Shown: positions 1-9,490 of the stretch, piece by piece
How positions within the stretch are numbered: the stretch's first letter is position 1
Layout: the number at the start of each line of letters is the position of its first letter
NCBI GenBank assembly: GCA_035063585.1
Contig: JAPSGB010000012.1
Location: 64,001 to 128,000 of the forward strand
Direction: 5' to 3'
Length of the DNA: 64,000 nt
Source: Polyangiaceae bacterium
Lineage (GTDB): Bacteria; Myxococcota_A; Polyangia; Polyangiales; Polyangiaceae
The notes under the pieces: model-generated
The model's database searches: none
Seen by the model: only the letters and a program-made list of their open reading frames with translations
What the model was told of the DNA's origin: nothing
Made by a program: the position numbers and the translations under genes

Positions 1-373
1 CGACCAGCTCGGCAGGGATGCGACTCCCCGCGCTCGCCGCCTTGCGGATGAGCCCGGAGAGCGCCTCGCCTTCGAGGTATTCCATGACGAGGAAGAGCTC
101 GCCGCGGTCGGCGACCACGTCGAGGGTCGGTGCGACGTTCGGGTGGCGGATCCGCGCCGCGAGGCGCGCCTCGTCGATGAACATCGAGACGAATTCGGGG
201 TCGCGCGCCAGCTCCGGGTGGAGCCGCTTGATCGCGACCGTTCGCAGGAACCCGACCGGGCCGAGGAGCCGCCCGATGTGGACGGTGGCCATCCCGCCCT
301 TGGCGATCTCGTCGAACAGCGCGTATCGACCAACGACCAGCGGGGTCCGGGCGCTCGGCGTGACCGCCGTCAT
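1..373 (-). CDS. Ser/Thr protein kinase (Hanks type), N-terminal part; runs off the window edge
   Basis: Not in the ORF track. Manual translation from ATG 373: MTAVTPSARTPLVVGRYALFDEIAKGGMATVHIGRLLGPVGFLRTVAIKRLHP...LFLVMEYLEGE (Gly loop, VAIK lysine). Confidence 0.92.
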   Translation of the reverse strand, partial: MTAVTPSARTPLVVGRYALFDEIAKGGMATVHIGRLLGPVGFLRTVAIKRLHPELARDPEFVSMFIDEARLAARIRHPNVAPTLDVVADRGELFLVMEYLEGEALSGLIRKAASAGSRIPAELV

Positions 374-517
374 GCTGCGGCCTCCGCGCCACCCCGGCCC
401 GCGCGACTGCCGTTCGAGGTTCGGCCCGGTCGGGCGTCGCCGGGCTCGAGGCCCGCTCCCGCTTCCATTCTCCCCCTGCTCCACGCCATGACCGGAGGAA
501 GCGCGCGCATCCTTTCG

Positions 518-546
518 AGGATCTCAATCGGGAGCGGCCTTGTCAA
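518..546 (-). promoter_or_regulatory. sigma70-like promoter upstream of the kinase
   Basis: Minus strand TTGACA-N17-GATCCT, with TG one base before the -10. Confidence 0.45.
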
Positions 547-601
547 CCGCGCGCGCCCGGGCGTCTCAGGTCCCCGGGCGGCGGCGCGGCGACGCGTAAG
601 A

Positions 602-1348
602 TCAGCGCGGAGCGCGCGCTCCGGGGAGGGCCGGCCAGACCCGTATGCGCCCATCCGAACAGAGCACGATGGGCACGTTCGATAGCGTCACGCGGGCCTC
701 GCTCACGCTCGGCGTGGGGGCTCGACTCAGGGCAGCGACGAGGCACCGGTCGAGCGCGAGGTCGCCGGTTCCCTCCTGCAACTCGACCGACTCGAACCCC
801 CCCGCCGGGGAGACCACGAGCCGCGTCAGCGCGACCCGCCCGCGCTCCGAGACGACGCCGCGCGCTCGCGCCGCGCAGACCGCCAGTGGCTCTCGGGCGC
901 CGCGGTGGAGCGCGCGCCGGATGGGCTCCGCCGCGGCCGGCGTCTCGGGCGCGTCGGTGCGCAGCGACGGCACGCGCGCCTCGGCCGACGTCGCTCCTCG
1001 CGCGTGTGCGCTCGCGTCCGAACCGCACGCCAGGAGCCACCGTCGCGAGCGCTCCGGCCGCGCCTCGTCGCGCTCGGCGGAGCCGGCGTCGGCCGATCGC
1101 TCCGGCGGCGCGGCGGCGTCGTCCGTCGCCGGCACGGAGCCGGCCGAGCGGAGCCCCGCGTCGTCACCCGGCGGCAAGCTCGGCTCTGCGCCCGATGGAT
1201 CTCGTGGCGGCGGCGTGGCCGCGGAGCGCCCGTCGGAGCGGGGCACGCTACCCGCGCAGCCGACGACCGACAGCGTGAGGACGCACCGCGCCAGTCGGCG
1301 GCTCACACCGCCGCACGGCCCGCCGATAGCGCCTCGCCGGCCCCGCAT
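602..1348 (-). CDS. Putative lipoprotein with TonB-C / AgmX-PglI-like C-terminal domain
   Basis: Hydrophobic LTLSVVGC, Pro-rich linker, then GRVALTRLVVSPAGGFESVELQEGTGDLALDRCLVAALSR, a TonB-C-like pattern. Start uncertain. Confidence 0.6.
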   Translation of the reverse strand: MRGRRGAIGGPCGGVSRRLARCVLTLSVVGCAGSVPRSDGRSAATPPPRDPSGAEPSLPPGDDAGLRSAGSVPATDDAAAPPERSADAGSAERDEARPERSRRWLLACGSDASAHARGATSAEARVPSLRTDAPETPAAAEPIRRALHRGAREPLAVCAARARGVVSERGRVALTRLVVSPAGGFESVELQEGTGDLALDRCLVAALSRAPTPSVSEARVTLSNVPIVLCSDGRIRVWPALPGARAPR

Positions 1349-1470
1349 CGCCCGGGTACGCTAGCCGCGATCGAATCGTCGACCAAGGCCATCTTGGTCG
1401 CGCGAACCGGCGAGCGCGCGGGAGGGAGAGATCCCCGCTCGCCGCGGCGAACCTGGCGCACACCCGTTCG

Positions 1471-3282
1471 TCAAGCAGGCTCGCGCTCGGGCCCTCGCGC
1501 CGCGAGGCGCAACCGCACGCACGCGAGGGGGCGCTCGATCCCCTTGAGCTTCGCATCGAAGCGCTCGACGACCTCACCTCGCGTGAGTCCGCCCGCCTCC
1601 GTGGCCCGGTCGTAGAGCGACCGGTCGAGCACGAGCTCCGCCGACTCGGCCTTTGCCTGCAGGCGCGCGGCGATGTTCACGGTCTGCCCGAAGTAGTCGA
1701 GCGCGCCGTTCGCGTCGACCACGTACGACGGACCCGCGAAGAACCCGAGCTTCACGTGCACGCCGTCGCAGTCGTCGCGTCCGGTGCGGAACCGTTCGAA
1801 CGCCTCGAGCACGTCGAGCGCGGCCTCGAGCCCAGCGAGCTCGTCGGTGAACGACGCCATGACGGCGTCGCCGATGGTCTTCACGAGCGCGCCGCCGCGC
1901 GCCTCGACCGCGCCGCCGATGACCTCGAAGTGATCTTGCACGAGTCGAAAGGCGGCCGCGTCACCGACTCGCGTGTAGAGCGCCGTCGAGCCGGTGAGAT
2001 CGCTGAAGAACAGGCCGACGCGCGCGACCTTGAGCGCGAGCCCGGGGCGCACCGTCTCGTGCGAGAAGAGCCTGCGGAACGGGCCGAGCGCGCTCACCTC
2101 GTGCGCGGTCGCGGCGAGGCTCGACCACTCGGTCCGCTCGAGCTTGGCGTGGCGCTCCTCCGGGGCGCGGTTCTCGACGGCGAGTACGCCTTCGGGGGCG
2201 ATCGCGAGGCTCGCCGGCTCGAGGGTGCGCCCCGCGACGACCTCGACGCGCGCCGGTCCGCCGGCGGCTACCTCGACCAGGGCGCTCGCGTCGCCGCGCA
2301 CGAACAGCCGATAGCGCCCCTCGCGCGCGGGGACGTCGAGCTCGCGCGTCGCGTTCGGTGCGAGGATCATCTGCGCGACGACGTGCGGCGTGCGCGCCGG
2401 ACCGCCGATGCAGTACGGGCCGGCGTCGATGGGCCGCACCGCGACGTTCGGTGCGAAGACGGCCTCGATCGAGCGATCGAGCTCGACGCCGAACGTGAGA
2501 TCGCAGAGGTGACAGTGCCCCTCGGCGCCAACTTCGGCGAGGTGCGGCATGGTAGCTGCGGCGGTTCGGCAGCTCGGGCAGACGAGGTCCCAGCGCAGCT
2601 CGAGGAGCCCGGTCGGTACCGCATGGAGGCAGGCGGTGAGCAGCGCGCGCCGAGCGAGCTTCCATGCGTCGGCCAGCTCGTATGGACGTATGCGGGCGAG
2701 GTCGGCGTCCTCCCCCCGGAGCACGTGGTCGGCGAGACGGCGCGCAAGCTCGGGATCGACGACCTCGGCGAGCGCGCGCTGAGCGCGGTCGAGCGCGTCG
2801 GGGCGCACCTGTTTGCTCGGCGGAGGCGCGAGGGGCCGCTCGCTCCGCATCGCCTCGTCCGCGCGCGCGACCTCCTCGAGCAGTCGCGCAACGGTCCGCG
2901 CAGCTCCCCGCCGGACGAGAGGCACGAGGAGACGGAGCTTGGGCTCGATCCAGAGCTCCGCGGTGACGACGCACCCATCTCCGTCCGGCGTGAGCTCGTA
3001 CCTCATCGCGAGCTCGCGCAGCGGGCCGGCGCGCATCTTTCGGCGGATGCTGAAGCGTTCCGGCTCCTTCCACTCGAACGGGCGCTCCTCGTAGGCGACG
3101 CCGAAGCCGTCGAGGCGAGTCGTGGCGAGGTAGCGCGCCGCTCCCGCGCCGTCGATCGGCGAGAGCGTGATGGCTCCCATGCCCGCCGCTCGGTTGAGCC
3201 GCTCGGTGTCGGTGACGACGCGCCACACCTGAGCGGGCGCCGAGGCGCACCGGATCGAGCTCCGGACCACGGCGGCTCGCAT
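1471..3282 (-). CDS. Class III adenylate cyclase with N-terminal SRPBCC/START domain and DUF5939-like middle domain
   Basis: FFSDLTGST, VKTIGDAVM and LDYFGQTVNIAARL cyclase motifs; N-terminal APAQVWRVVTDTERLN; CPSC...CHLC pair. Confidence 0.88.
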   Translation of the reverse strand: MRAAVVRSSIRCASAPAQVWRVVTDTERLNRAAGMGAITLSPIDGAGAARYLATTRLDGFGVAYEERPFEWKEPERFSIRRKMRAGPLRELAMRYELTPDGDGCVVTAELWIEPKLRLLVPLVRRGAARTVARLLEEVARADEAMRSERPLAPPPSKQVRPDALDRAQRALAEVVDPELARRLADHVLRGEDADLARIRPYELADAWKLARRALLTACLHAVPTGLLELRWDLVCPSCRTAAATMPHLAEVGAEGHCHLCDLTFGVELDRSIEAVFAPNVAVRPIDAGPYCIGGPARTPHVVAQMILAPNATRELDVPAREGRYRLFVRGDASALVEVAAGGPARVEVVAGRTLEPASLAIAPEGVLAVENRAPEERHAKLERTEWSSLAATAHEVSALGPFRRLFSHETVRPGLALKVARVGLFFSDLTGSTALYTRVGDAAAFRLVQDHFEVIGGAVEARGGALVKTIGDAVMASFTDELAGLEAALDVLEAFERFRTGRDDCDGVHVKLGFFAGPSYVVDANGALDYFGQTVNIAARLQAKAESAELVLDRSLYDRATEAGGLTRGEVVERFDAKLKGIERPLACVRLRLAARGPEREPA

Positions 3283-3437
3283 GGGGGGCTAAGCTACCAC
3301 GCGGCCGCCAGCGCCCTCCTCCTCGGAGCGGGCCGCCGCCCCGCCGCGGGAGCTCACGCCGCACCATCAACCGGAAAACATCGCGCCCGCGCCCGCGTTG
3401 GACAGCGAACGACTTTCCACATACGATTCCGATCAGG

Positions 3438-5012
3438 ATGAGACGCTTACTTATGCAGGGTGGGATGTTGGCGGTAGTGGCGGCTTGCTCGAGCAGCTTC
3501 AGTAGCGGCGCGAACGACGATGGGGGCGGCGCGGCGGGAGCTGACTCGAGCCTCGGCGGCAGCGGGGGAACCGCGGGCAGCAGCGGAGGAGCCACGGGCG
3601 GCGGCGGAGGAGCCACGGGCGGCGGCGGGGGAGCCGCGGGCGGCAGCGGGGGAACCGCGGGCAGCAGCGGGGGAGCGACGGGCGGCAGCGGGGGAGCCGC
3701 GGGCGGCAGCGGGGGAGCCGCGGGCGGGGCGAGCTGTGACCCGGCCGAGACGGTCGGCAGCGGCGTCTTCGCGAGCCCGACCGGAAGCGATGGGACGGGA
3801 GACGGCTCCGCCGGTAGTCCGCTCGCCACGGTCGGGCAGGCGCTGAAGCTCGCGGCGACCGGAGACAAGGTCGTGTACCTCGATCGAGGGACGTACAAGG
3901 AGCAGGTCACCGCGGACGGCACGAACGGCGGCGTCGTGATTCGTGGTGGGTGGTGGCGCGACGGTACCGAGTGGAAGCGCGACTGCGCGAGCGAGGCTCG
4001 GAGCCAGACCGTGATCGAATCGCCCACCAACACGGGCGTGCGCGTAGAGGGCGTGTCGCTGTCGCTCGAGACGCTCACGGTGAAGACCAAGGCGAACGGT
4101 CACAGCCCGGCCAACGGCGCTGGCGAGACGCTGTACGGCGTCTTCGTGACGGGGGGTACCGCGAAGCTGACGCTCACGGACGTGCACGTGGCGCCGGGAG
4201 TAGGGGGTAGGGGTGGTGCGGTCAGCGCGACCTTGCCGGGGCTCACCAGGGACTGTGACGGGCTCAACAACTGCGCCAACGGTGCTAGCGCCGACGATGC
4301 CGATGCCTCTGACCCCGCCGAGGCCGGCGTATTCGTAAAGGCCGGTTACGTACCCGGTGACGGCGAGGACGGGCACCCGGGCAACGCGGGTAACAACGGC
4401 ACCCCGGGTAACAACGGCGTACCGGTCAGCGGCTGCAGGTATCATGACAACTGCGCGGGTAGCTGCGCTGATGGTTGCCAATCGCCAAACGTGAGCACGT
4501 CGCCGGTCGTCGGGGGGACGGGCAAGTGCGGCTGCGGCGGAGCGGGGGGGCCCGCGGGCAAGGGCGGACGCGGCGGGGGCGGCTCGGTGGCGCTCTTCGC
4601 CGCCGGTCCTTGCACGATCCTCGTCACCCGCAGCCTGCTCGCCGCGGGCCGCGGTGGTGACGGCTCGGCCGGTCTCGCGGGCTCCGATGGTGAGGATGGA
4701 AAGACGGGCAGCGCCGGCGCCTCGGCCCAATGCTGGGGCGACTGCGCGCCCGTCGCCTGTGGCCAGCAGGGCGGTGGCTGCACGCAGTCCTTCAAGTCCG
4801 TGGACGGTGGCAGCCCGGGAACCGCCGGCGGCAAGGGCGGCAAAGGCGGCAAGGGCGGCGGCGGCTCGGGCGGTCCGTCGCTCGCGATCGTGCGCGTCGC
4901 GGGCGCGACCGTCCAGCGTGACGCCGCGTCGCAGGCCACGTTCGTGGCTGGGGGCGCGGGCATCGAGGGCGCGCCGAACGGCGAAGCCAAGGTCGAGCGG
5001 ATCGTCCCCTGA
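3438..5012 (+). CDS. Gly-rich (PE-PGRS-like) lipoprotein with DUF1565-like beta-helix domain
   Basis: Lipobox VVAAC, Gly/Ser linker, VFASPTGSDGTGDGSAGSPLATVGQAL...VYLDRGTYKEQV, Gly/Cys-rich C-terminal half. Confidence 0.75.
   Translation: MRRLLMQGGMLAVVAACSSSFSSGANDDGGGAAGADSSLGGSGGTAGSSGGATGGGGGATGGGGGAAGGSGGTAGSSGGATGGSGGAAGGSGGAAGGASCDPAETVGSGVFASPTGSDGTGDGSAGSPLATVGQALKLAATGDKVVYLDRGTYKEQVTADGTNGGVVIRGGWWRDGTEWKRDCASEARSQTVIESPTNTGVRVEGVSLSLETLTVKTKANGHSPANGAGETLYGVFVTGGTAKLTLTDVHVAPGVGGRGGAVSATLPGLTRDCDGLNNCANGASADDADASDPAEAGVFVKAGYVPGDGEDGHPGNAGNNGTPGNNGVPVSGCRYHDNCAGSCADGCQSPNVSTSPVVGGTGKCGCGGAGGPAGKGGRGGGGSVALFAAGPCTILVTRSLLAAGRGGDGSAGLAGSDGEDGKTGSAGASAQCWGDCAPVACGQQGGGCTQSFKSVDGGSPGTAGGKGGKGGKGGGGSGGPSLAIVRVAGATVQRDAASQATFVAGGAGIEGAPNGEAKVERIVP
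3556..3728 (+). repeat. Imperfect 21-nt coding tandem repeat (about 8 units)
   Basis: Units such as ggcggcagcgggggagccgcg encoding GGSGGAA / GSSGGAT heptads. Confidence 0.8.
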
Positions 5013-5156
5013 AGGCGTTGCCATGAAGGAGCGTTCGGGACGGAGCGGGCGCACGCACCCGCCGGGCGCGCCGTTTGAAGCTCGGGCGCGCCGCCCGGTC
5101 GGACGCGAGGCGGCGCCCGAGCGCTGCCTCGCGCAGCGAGTGAGCCCAGGGCCCCG

Positions 5157-5573
5157 ATGAGGGCCACCGTGTGGGTGCTGGCGCTCGCCGTCATGAGCGC
5201 GACGTCGGCACCCTCGTGCAAGAAGAAGCAGGCGATGTGCGCGCCCGGCCCGCGCCTCGCGACGCTCACGCTTCCGGCGGTGTTTCACGTCTCCAAGTCC
5301 GGCAAGTACCTGGGCGTCGTGACGGTCGTCGCGAGCGGCGAGCCGGCGTTCGCGGCGGCGGGCAACGACCCCGCCGCCGAGCGCGCGCTCGCGGCAGCGC
5401 TCGCGACCGCCACGCGCGAAGCCTCCGTGCCGGTGTCCTATGAGACCTATCGGGACGGGGTACGCGCGCAGTGCAGTGTGGAAGTGAAGGTGGGGTCCCC
5501 GGAGTACGCCGACGCGGTGCGCCAGCATCTATCCTACGACCTCTATTACGAGGTCGCCGACCGCGCGCCCTGA
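5157..5573 (+). CDS. Hypothetical secreted protein or lipoprotein
   Basis: Signal-like N-terminus with SAPSC; normal amino-acid composition compared with the overlapping frames. Confidence 0.65.
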   Translation: MRATVWVLALAVMSATSAPSCKKKQAMCAPGPRLATLTLPAVFHVSKSGKYLGVVTVVASGEPAFAAAGNDPAAERALAAALATATREASVPVSYETYRDGVRAQCSVEVKVGSPEYADAVRQHLSYDLYYEVADRAP

Positions 5574-5701
5574 ACCAGCGCGGGTGCCGCGCGTCGCGAG
5601 TCCTCAGGGCGCTGCTCGACGCGCACTCGCGCGATGGGCTGGGCCGACTTCGACCCCGCGCCCGGCCTCGATGCGCGAGGCGAGGGGTCGCGCAGGGGCG
5701 C

Positions 5702-5741
5702 AAAAGGCATAGGCGCCGCCCCGACCAGCGGAACGGCGCCT
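5702..5741 (-). terminator. Possible terminator of the outer-membrane protein gene
   Basis: aggcgccg/cggcgcct stem (5711-5741) followed on the minus strand by atgcctttt. Confidence 0.3.
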
Positions 5742-5766
5742 GCGGCTGGGGCAGGTGCTCTTGGGC

Positions 5767-6498
5767 TCAGAAGCCCAACGTGCCCTTGACGCCGATGGTC
5801 AGCCACTGGTGCAGGCCCTTATCCTCGATGTCGGTGCCGTTGTCACCGGTGGTCGAGGAGTACTGGCCGAGCGAGAAGCCGACGAAGGGACCGATCCCGA
5901 GGCTGTCGGTGGCCTTGAAGTCCGCTCCCACCTGGAGGTTGGCGAACTCGAAACCGCTGAAGCCACCCTTCAGGTCCCCCACCTTGGAGTCGAGCATTTC
6001 CATGCCGATGCCGAGGCCGAACCAGGGGTTGATCGACTGGCCGGGCGACAGTTGATACTGGCCCTGCACGCCGAAGCGAAGCTGGCTGACCGAGCAGTCG
6101 ACGCTGCGGGCGTCGCAGGCGTCCGATAGATCCGAAGCGAGCATCATGAAGGCGTACGAACCGTACAGGCCGACCATGATGTTCGGCGTGACCATGTAGC
6201 CGAGGTCGAGAGCGATCGGGACACCGCCGCTGATGGAGTCGCTGAGCTTGGCGTCCTTCACGGCGTCGCCCATCGGCAGCGTGTAGCCGAGGCGCAGACC
6301 GACCTTGATCTTGCCGCCCGCGTCCGGAGGGGTGCTGGTGTCGACAGCGCCGCCCGCGTTCGCCTGGCCGTCCGCGGCCTCACCGGCGGGCGCCGCCGCT
6401 GCCGGTTGCTCGCCGTCAGCGCCTTCCTGTGCGAGCGCGCTGGCCGCGGTGAACGTGAATGCGATCCCCAATGCGATGGATGAAATACGACGAATCAT
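5767..6498 (-). CDS. Outer-membrane beta-barrel protein (OmpA/OmpW-like small barrel)
   Basis: GGAGG SD before ATG 6498; signal peptide ending ALA-Q; alternating beta-strand pattern; C-terminal GVKGTLGF beta-signal. Confidence 0.85.
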   Translation of the reverse strand: MIRRISSIALGIAFTFTAASALAQEGADGEQPAAAAPAGEAADGQANAGGAVDTSTPPDAGGKIKVGLRLGYTLPMGDAVKDAKLSDSISGGVPIALDLGYMVTPNIMVGLYGSYAFMMLASDLSDACDARSVDCSVSQLRFGVQGQYQLSPGQSINPWFGLGIGMEMLDSKVGDLKGGFSGFEFANLQVGADFKATDSLGIGPFVGFSLGQYSSTTGDNGTDIEDKGLHQWLTIGVKGTLGF

Positions 6499-6970
6499 TC
6501 TGGTTCCTCCTATGGTGTCGAACATCCGGCGCTGGATGCGGTGTCGTCATCGATGAAGCGATGCGCCGGAGGGTTTGGCGAGAGTATGCTCTTGCGGTTT
6601 CCGAACGGGCCACTTCGTGGCGCCGGCGGGCTCGACCTCAGACGGGCCGTTCCGCATCGACCGCATACGCCAGGTCCGTCACGAATCCTCCCTCGGACCG
6701 AGTGCGCGTTCACCGAGTCTCACCCGGTTTGGACGAGAACCTTCGCGCGCGGATTCAGGAAAAACCGCTGGCTTGGTGCGTAGCCTGTTACGCGCCACCG
6801 TGACCGGGGGTACCTCACGGGCAGACCGACCCGCCGCTCGGACCCGCTCTCGTGGCGACCCTCATCGAGCAGCCCTACGCCCGGCCGCTGCGGGACGCGG
6901 TGACGCCGACGCGCTGCAGGGTCAGCGGAGCCGGCTCAGCGCCGCAGGTCGCTGATGGACGCGCGCGGAG

Positions 6971-7639
6971 TCACACGTACTGCATGAGCGCGTCGCGGAG
7001 CTCGAAGTAGCGCCCCACGATGAAGGGGTGCTCGTCTTCCATGTAGAGTCGCGATTTCGACTCCCGGAGCTTCCGCACGCAGTCGACCAGCCGAGAGAGG
7101 CTGTTCGTCTCGAAGGTGAGCAGCCACTCGTAGTCACCGAGCCCGAAGCCGTAGACGCCGTTCGTGAGGATGTCCGGCACGAACTCATGCCCGATGTCGC
7201 CGTGGTCACCGATGACGGCCTTCCGCTCCCACTTCGGGAGCAGGTAGTACTCGGGCTTGCGGATGAACGGGTAGAAGCAGAGGTACTTTCGAGGCGTCAT
7301 GCCGACCGCGAAGGAGGTCGGGTGCTCGGAGAATTCGAAGGGCTTGGTGACGCCGGCGAAGGCGTGCGGCGTGTCGACGTATTTTCCGAGCGAGGAGCGC
7401 CGTAGCTCGAGCTCGAGATCCTGGATGAACGCGAAATCATCGGCGAACATCCAGAACAAGAGATCCGTGTGACCCTGGAAGCCCTGGACGACGTACGTCC
7501 CGCGGAGGCCGACCCGATCTTGGTACTTGGCGAAGAGGGCCGTGACCTCGTCGACCGCGGCGGTCTTCGCGGCGCGAGCGGCCTCGTTCCACTTGGCGGT
7601 GAACTTGACGGCGAGCTGAGCGGTGAACTGTTCTTGCAT
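6971..7639 (-). CDS. Chlorite dismutase/coproheme decarboxylase (ChdC/HemQ) family protein
   Basis: FYPFIRKPEYYLLP...DHG...FGLGDYEWLLTFE...PFIVG motifs; GGAG SD. Confidence 0.82.
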   Translation of the reverse strand: MQEQFTAQLAVKFTAKWNEAARAAKTAAVDEVTALFAKYQDRVGLRGTYVVQGFQGHTDLLFWMFADDFAFIQDLELELRRSSLGKYVDTPHAFAGVTKPFEFSEHPTSFAVGMTPRKYLCFYPFIRKPEYYLLPKWERKAVIGDHGDIGHEFVPDILTNGVYGFGLGDYEWLLTFETNSLSRLVDCVRKLRESKSRLYMEDEHPFIVGRYFELRDALMQYV

Positions 7640-7659
7640 GGGCGATCTCCGATCGGGGG

Positions 7660-8148
7660 TCAGTGAGGCGCGGGTCCGGCGAACGTCGCGAGACGCTCGA
7701 CGTTCAGGCTCTCGTGGAGCCAGATGAAATCGACCAGGTTCTTGAGGCTCACCCGACCGAGCTCAGGGAAGACGGTCGACTTCGTCGCGAGGGTGCTCTC
7801 GTGCGTCTTGTTGAAGACTGCTTGCAAATAGCGAAAGCGGGACTCCTCGAGCAGTCGAATGAGCTCGGCGCGGGGGAGCGGCTCCGCGGACGGCGGGTCG
7901 GCGGGCTTCATTGCCGTGATGCGCGCGCGCAGGACGGACGGGTCGAGGTCGGCGACCGGCTCGCTCTTGGCCTCGAGGGCGTCCTGGATGGCTCGAGCCG
8001 TCGCGAGCTCGGTGGCGTACAGGTGTCGGATGATTTGCGACGGCGTCCAGCCGCCGGGCTGCGGCGCGTGGTCGAGGCGGTCGTCGGGGATTTGGGCGAG
8101 CGTCGCGAGAAGGCGGCGACGGGTGTTACCGAGGTCGGTGATCAGCAC
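7660..8148 (-). CDS. DinB/YfiT family protein
   Basis: GGAGG SD plus GTG; TRRRLLATL...PQPGGWTPSQIIRHL...E pattern; C-terminal WLHE. Confidence 0.8.
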   Translation of the reverse strand: MLITDLGNTRRRLLATLAQIPDDRLDHAPQPGGWTPSQIIRHLYATELATARAIQDALEAKSEPVADLDPSVLRARITAMKPADPPSAEPLPRAELIRLLEESRFRYLQAVFNKTHESTLATKSTVFPELGRVSLKNLVDFIWLHESLNVERLATFAGPAPH

Positions 8149-8391
8149 TTGCTTCCTCCGTGTATCGTGGGCGTGCGAAATGGACGCGCCGCGCCCGCCC
8201 GGCTTGTCGGGCGGTCAAATGAGGCCGGGCGCGGGCGCGGCGGTGGAGCGGCTCGATGCGAACGGCATCGGTGAGCGCGCAGCCTCTCTCTACTCGCTTC
8301 CTGCCGCCGCGACCAGAGGCGCGCCGCGCGTCTCCACCATGAGCGGGTTCCGCGGGTGGCGGTTTCTTGACGCCGTGGCAAGCTGGCTCGG

Positions 8392-9387
8392 ATGCCGGCG
8401 ACGGGGCGCGAGGGGGTGCTGCTCGAAGCTCTGCGCGCGCACGTCCTCGGCGCCTCGCTCGAGTGGCTGCCCGAGCGGCTCCGCGCGCGCGAGGAGCCGC
8501 GCTCGGCCGCTCCGGAGGCGCTCGCGGCGCACGTGCTCCGGCACCGCGAGCTCATCGGCGGCTGGCTCGTGGGCGCGGTCGAGCGCGAGCCTCGGAGCGG
8601 AGCGTGGCACGAGGATCCCGCCCATCACCTCGCGCTCGCGGTCTTGCGCCGCGCGCAGGCGATGAATCAGTATTTCTCGTTTTCACGCGAGCGAGTGCGC
8701 GCCCTCGATCGACTCCTCTCGCGCTCGCTCGGCGAGCTCGTGACGACGATCGACGAGGCTGGCAGCGACCCGGGCGCGCTCTCGTCGCGGCTCACGAGGC
8801 ATTGGAGAGCGCTCGAGCGCGCGCTCGACGGCTGGCTCGACGACGTGCTCGGCGACCAGCCGCCCGGCCTCGCGCTCGCGACGGACGGCTCGATCGTGTG
8901 CGGGGACTACGACCCGGAGCTCCAGCGCCGCCTGCTCGGGCTGGCCGCCGGCGAGCTGGTCGAGCCGGTGCTCGATCTCGGCTGCGGCGAGCACGCCGCG
9001 CTGGTCCGTGCGCTCAGGGCCGAAGGGATCGCGATCGCGGGCGTCGATCGCGTCGCCGCGCCGCTCGACGGCGTCACCGAGGGGGACTGGCTCGAGGTTC
9101 CGCTCGCGGCCGCGCAGTGGGGGACCATCATCTCGCACCTCGGCTTCTCGCTTCACTTCCTCCACCATCACTTGCGGGCCGAGGGCTCGGAGTCAGAGCG
9201 CTACGCGGTTCGCTACATGCAGCTCCTGAGCGCGCTCCGGCCGGGCGGTGCCTTCATCTACGCGCCCGGGCTGCCGTTCTTCGAGGAGCTCTTGCCGCCA
9301 GCGCGCTACCGGGTCGACAAGCGGGCGATTGCCGCCGCGTCGCCGGGCGAGTCGAGCTACGCGTGTCGCGTCGAACGGCTCGGCTGA
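8392..9387 (+). CDS. Class I SAM-dependent methyltransferase-like protein
   Basis: VLDLGCG motif I, AGVD, and LRPGGAFIY. Confidence 0.8.
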   Translation: MPATGREGVLLEALRAHVLGASLEWLPERLRAREEPRSAAPEALAAHVLRHRELIGGWLVGAVEREPRSGAWHEDPAHHLALAVLRRAQAMNQYFSFSRERVRALDRLLSRSLGELVTTIDEAGSDPGALSSRLTRHWRALERALDGWLDDVLGDQPPGLALATDGSIVCGDYDPELQRRLLGLAAGELVEPVLDLGCGEHAALVRALRAEGIAIAGVDRVAAPLDGVTEGDWLEVPLAAAQWGTIISHLGFSLHFLHHHLRAEGSESERYAVRYMQLLSALRPGGAFIYAPGLPFFEELLPPARYRVDKRAIAAASPGESSYACRVERLG

Positions 9388-9490
9388 GCGGGCGCGCGGC
9401 CCGGGCTTGCGTTCGCTCCGGCGGCGCTCGATGTTGGAGCGCGGCGCGGGGTTCCGCGCCGGGCCGACATCACCCTCCGGAGGAGTCGAC

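Noticed and set aside
6575..6590. sigma54 promoter-like TTGGCG...TGC
   Set aside because: GG-to-GC spacing is 9 rather than 10, and it points away from the adjacent OMP gene.
6499..6970. Small ORFs or riboswitch in the 470-bp gap
   Set aside because: ORFs lack SDs and protein-like composition; no riboswitch consensus recognised.
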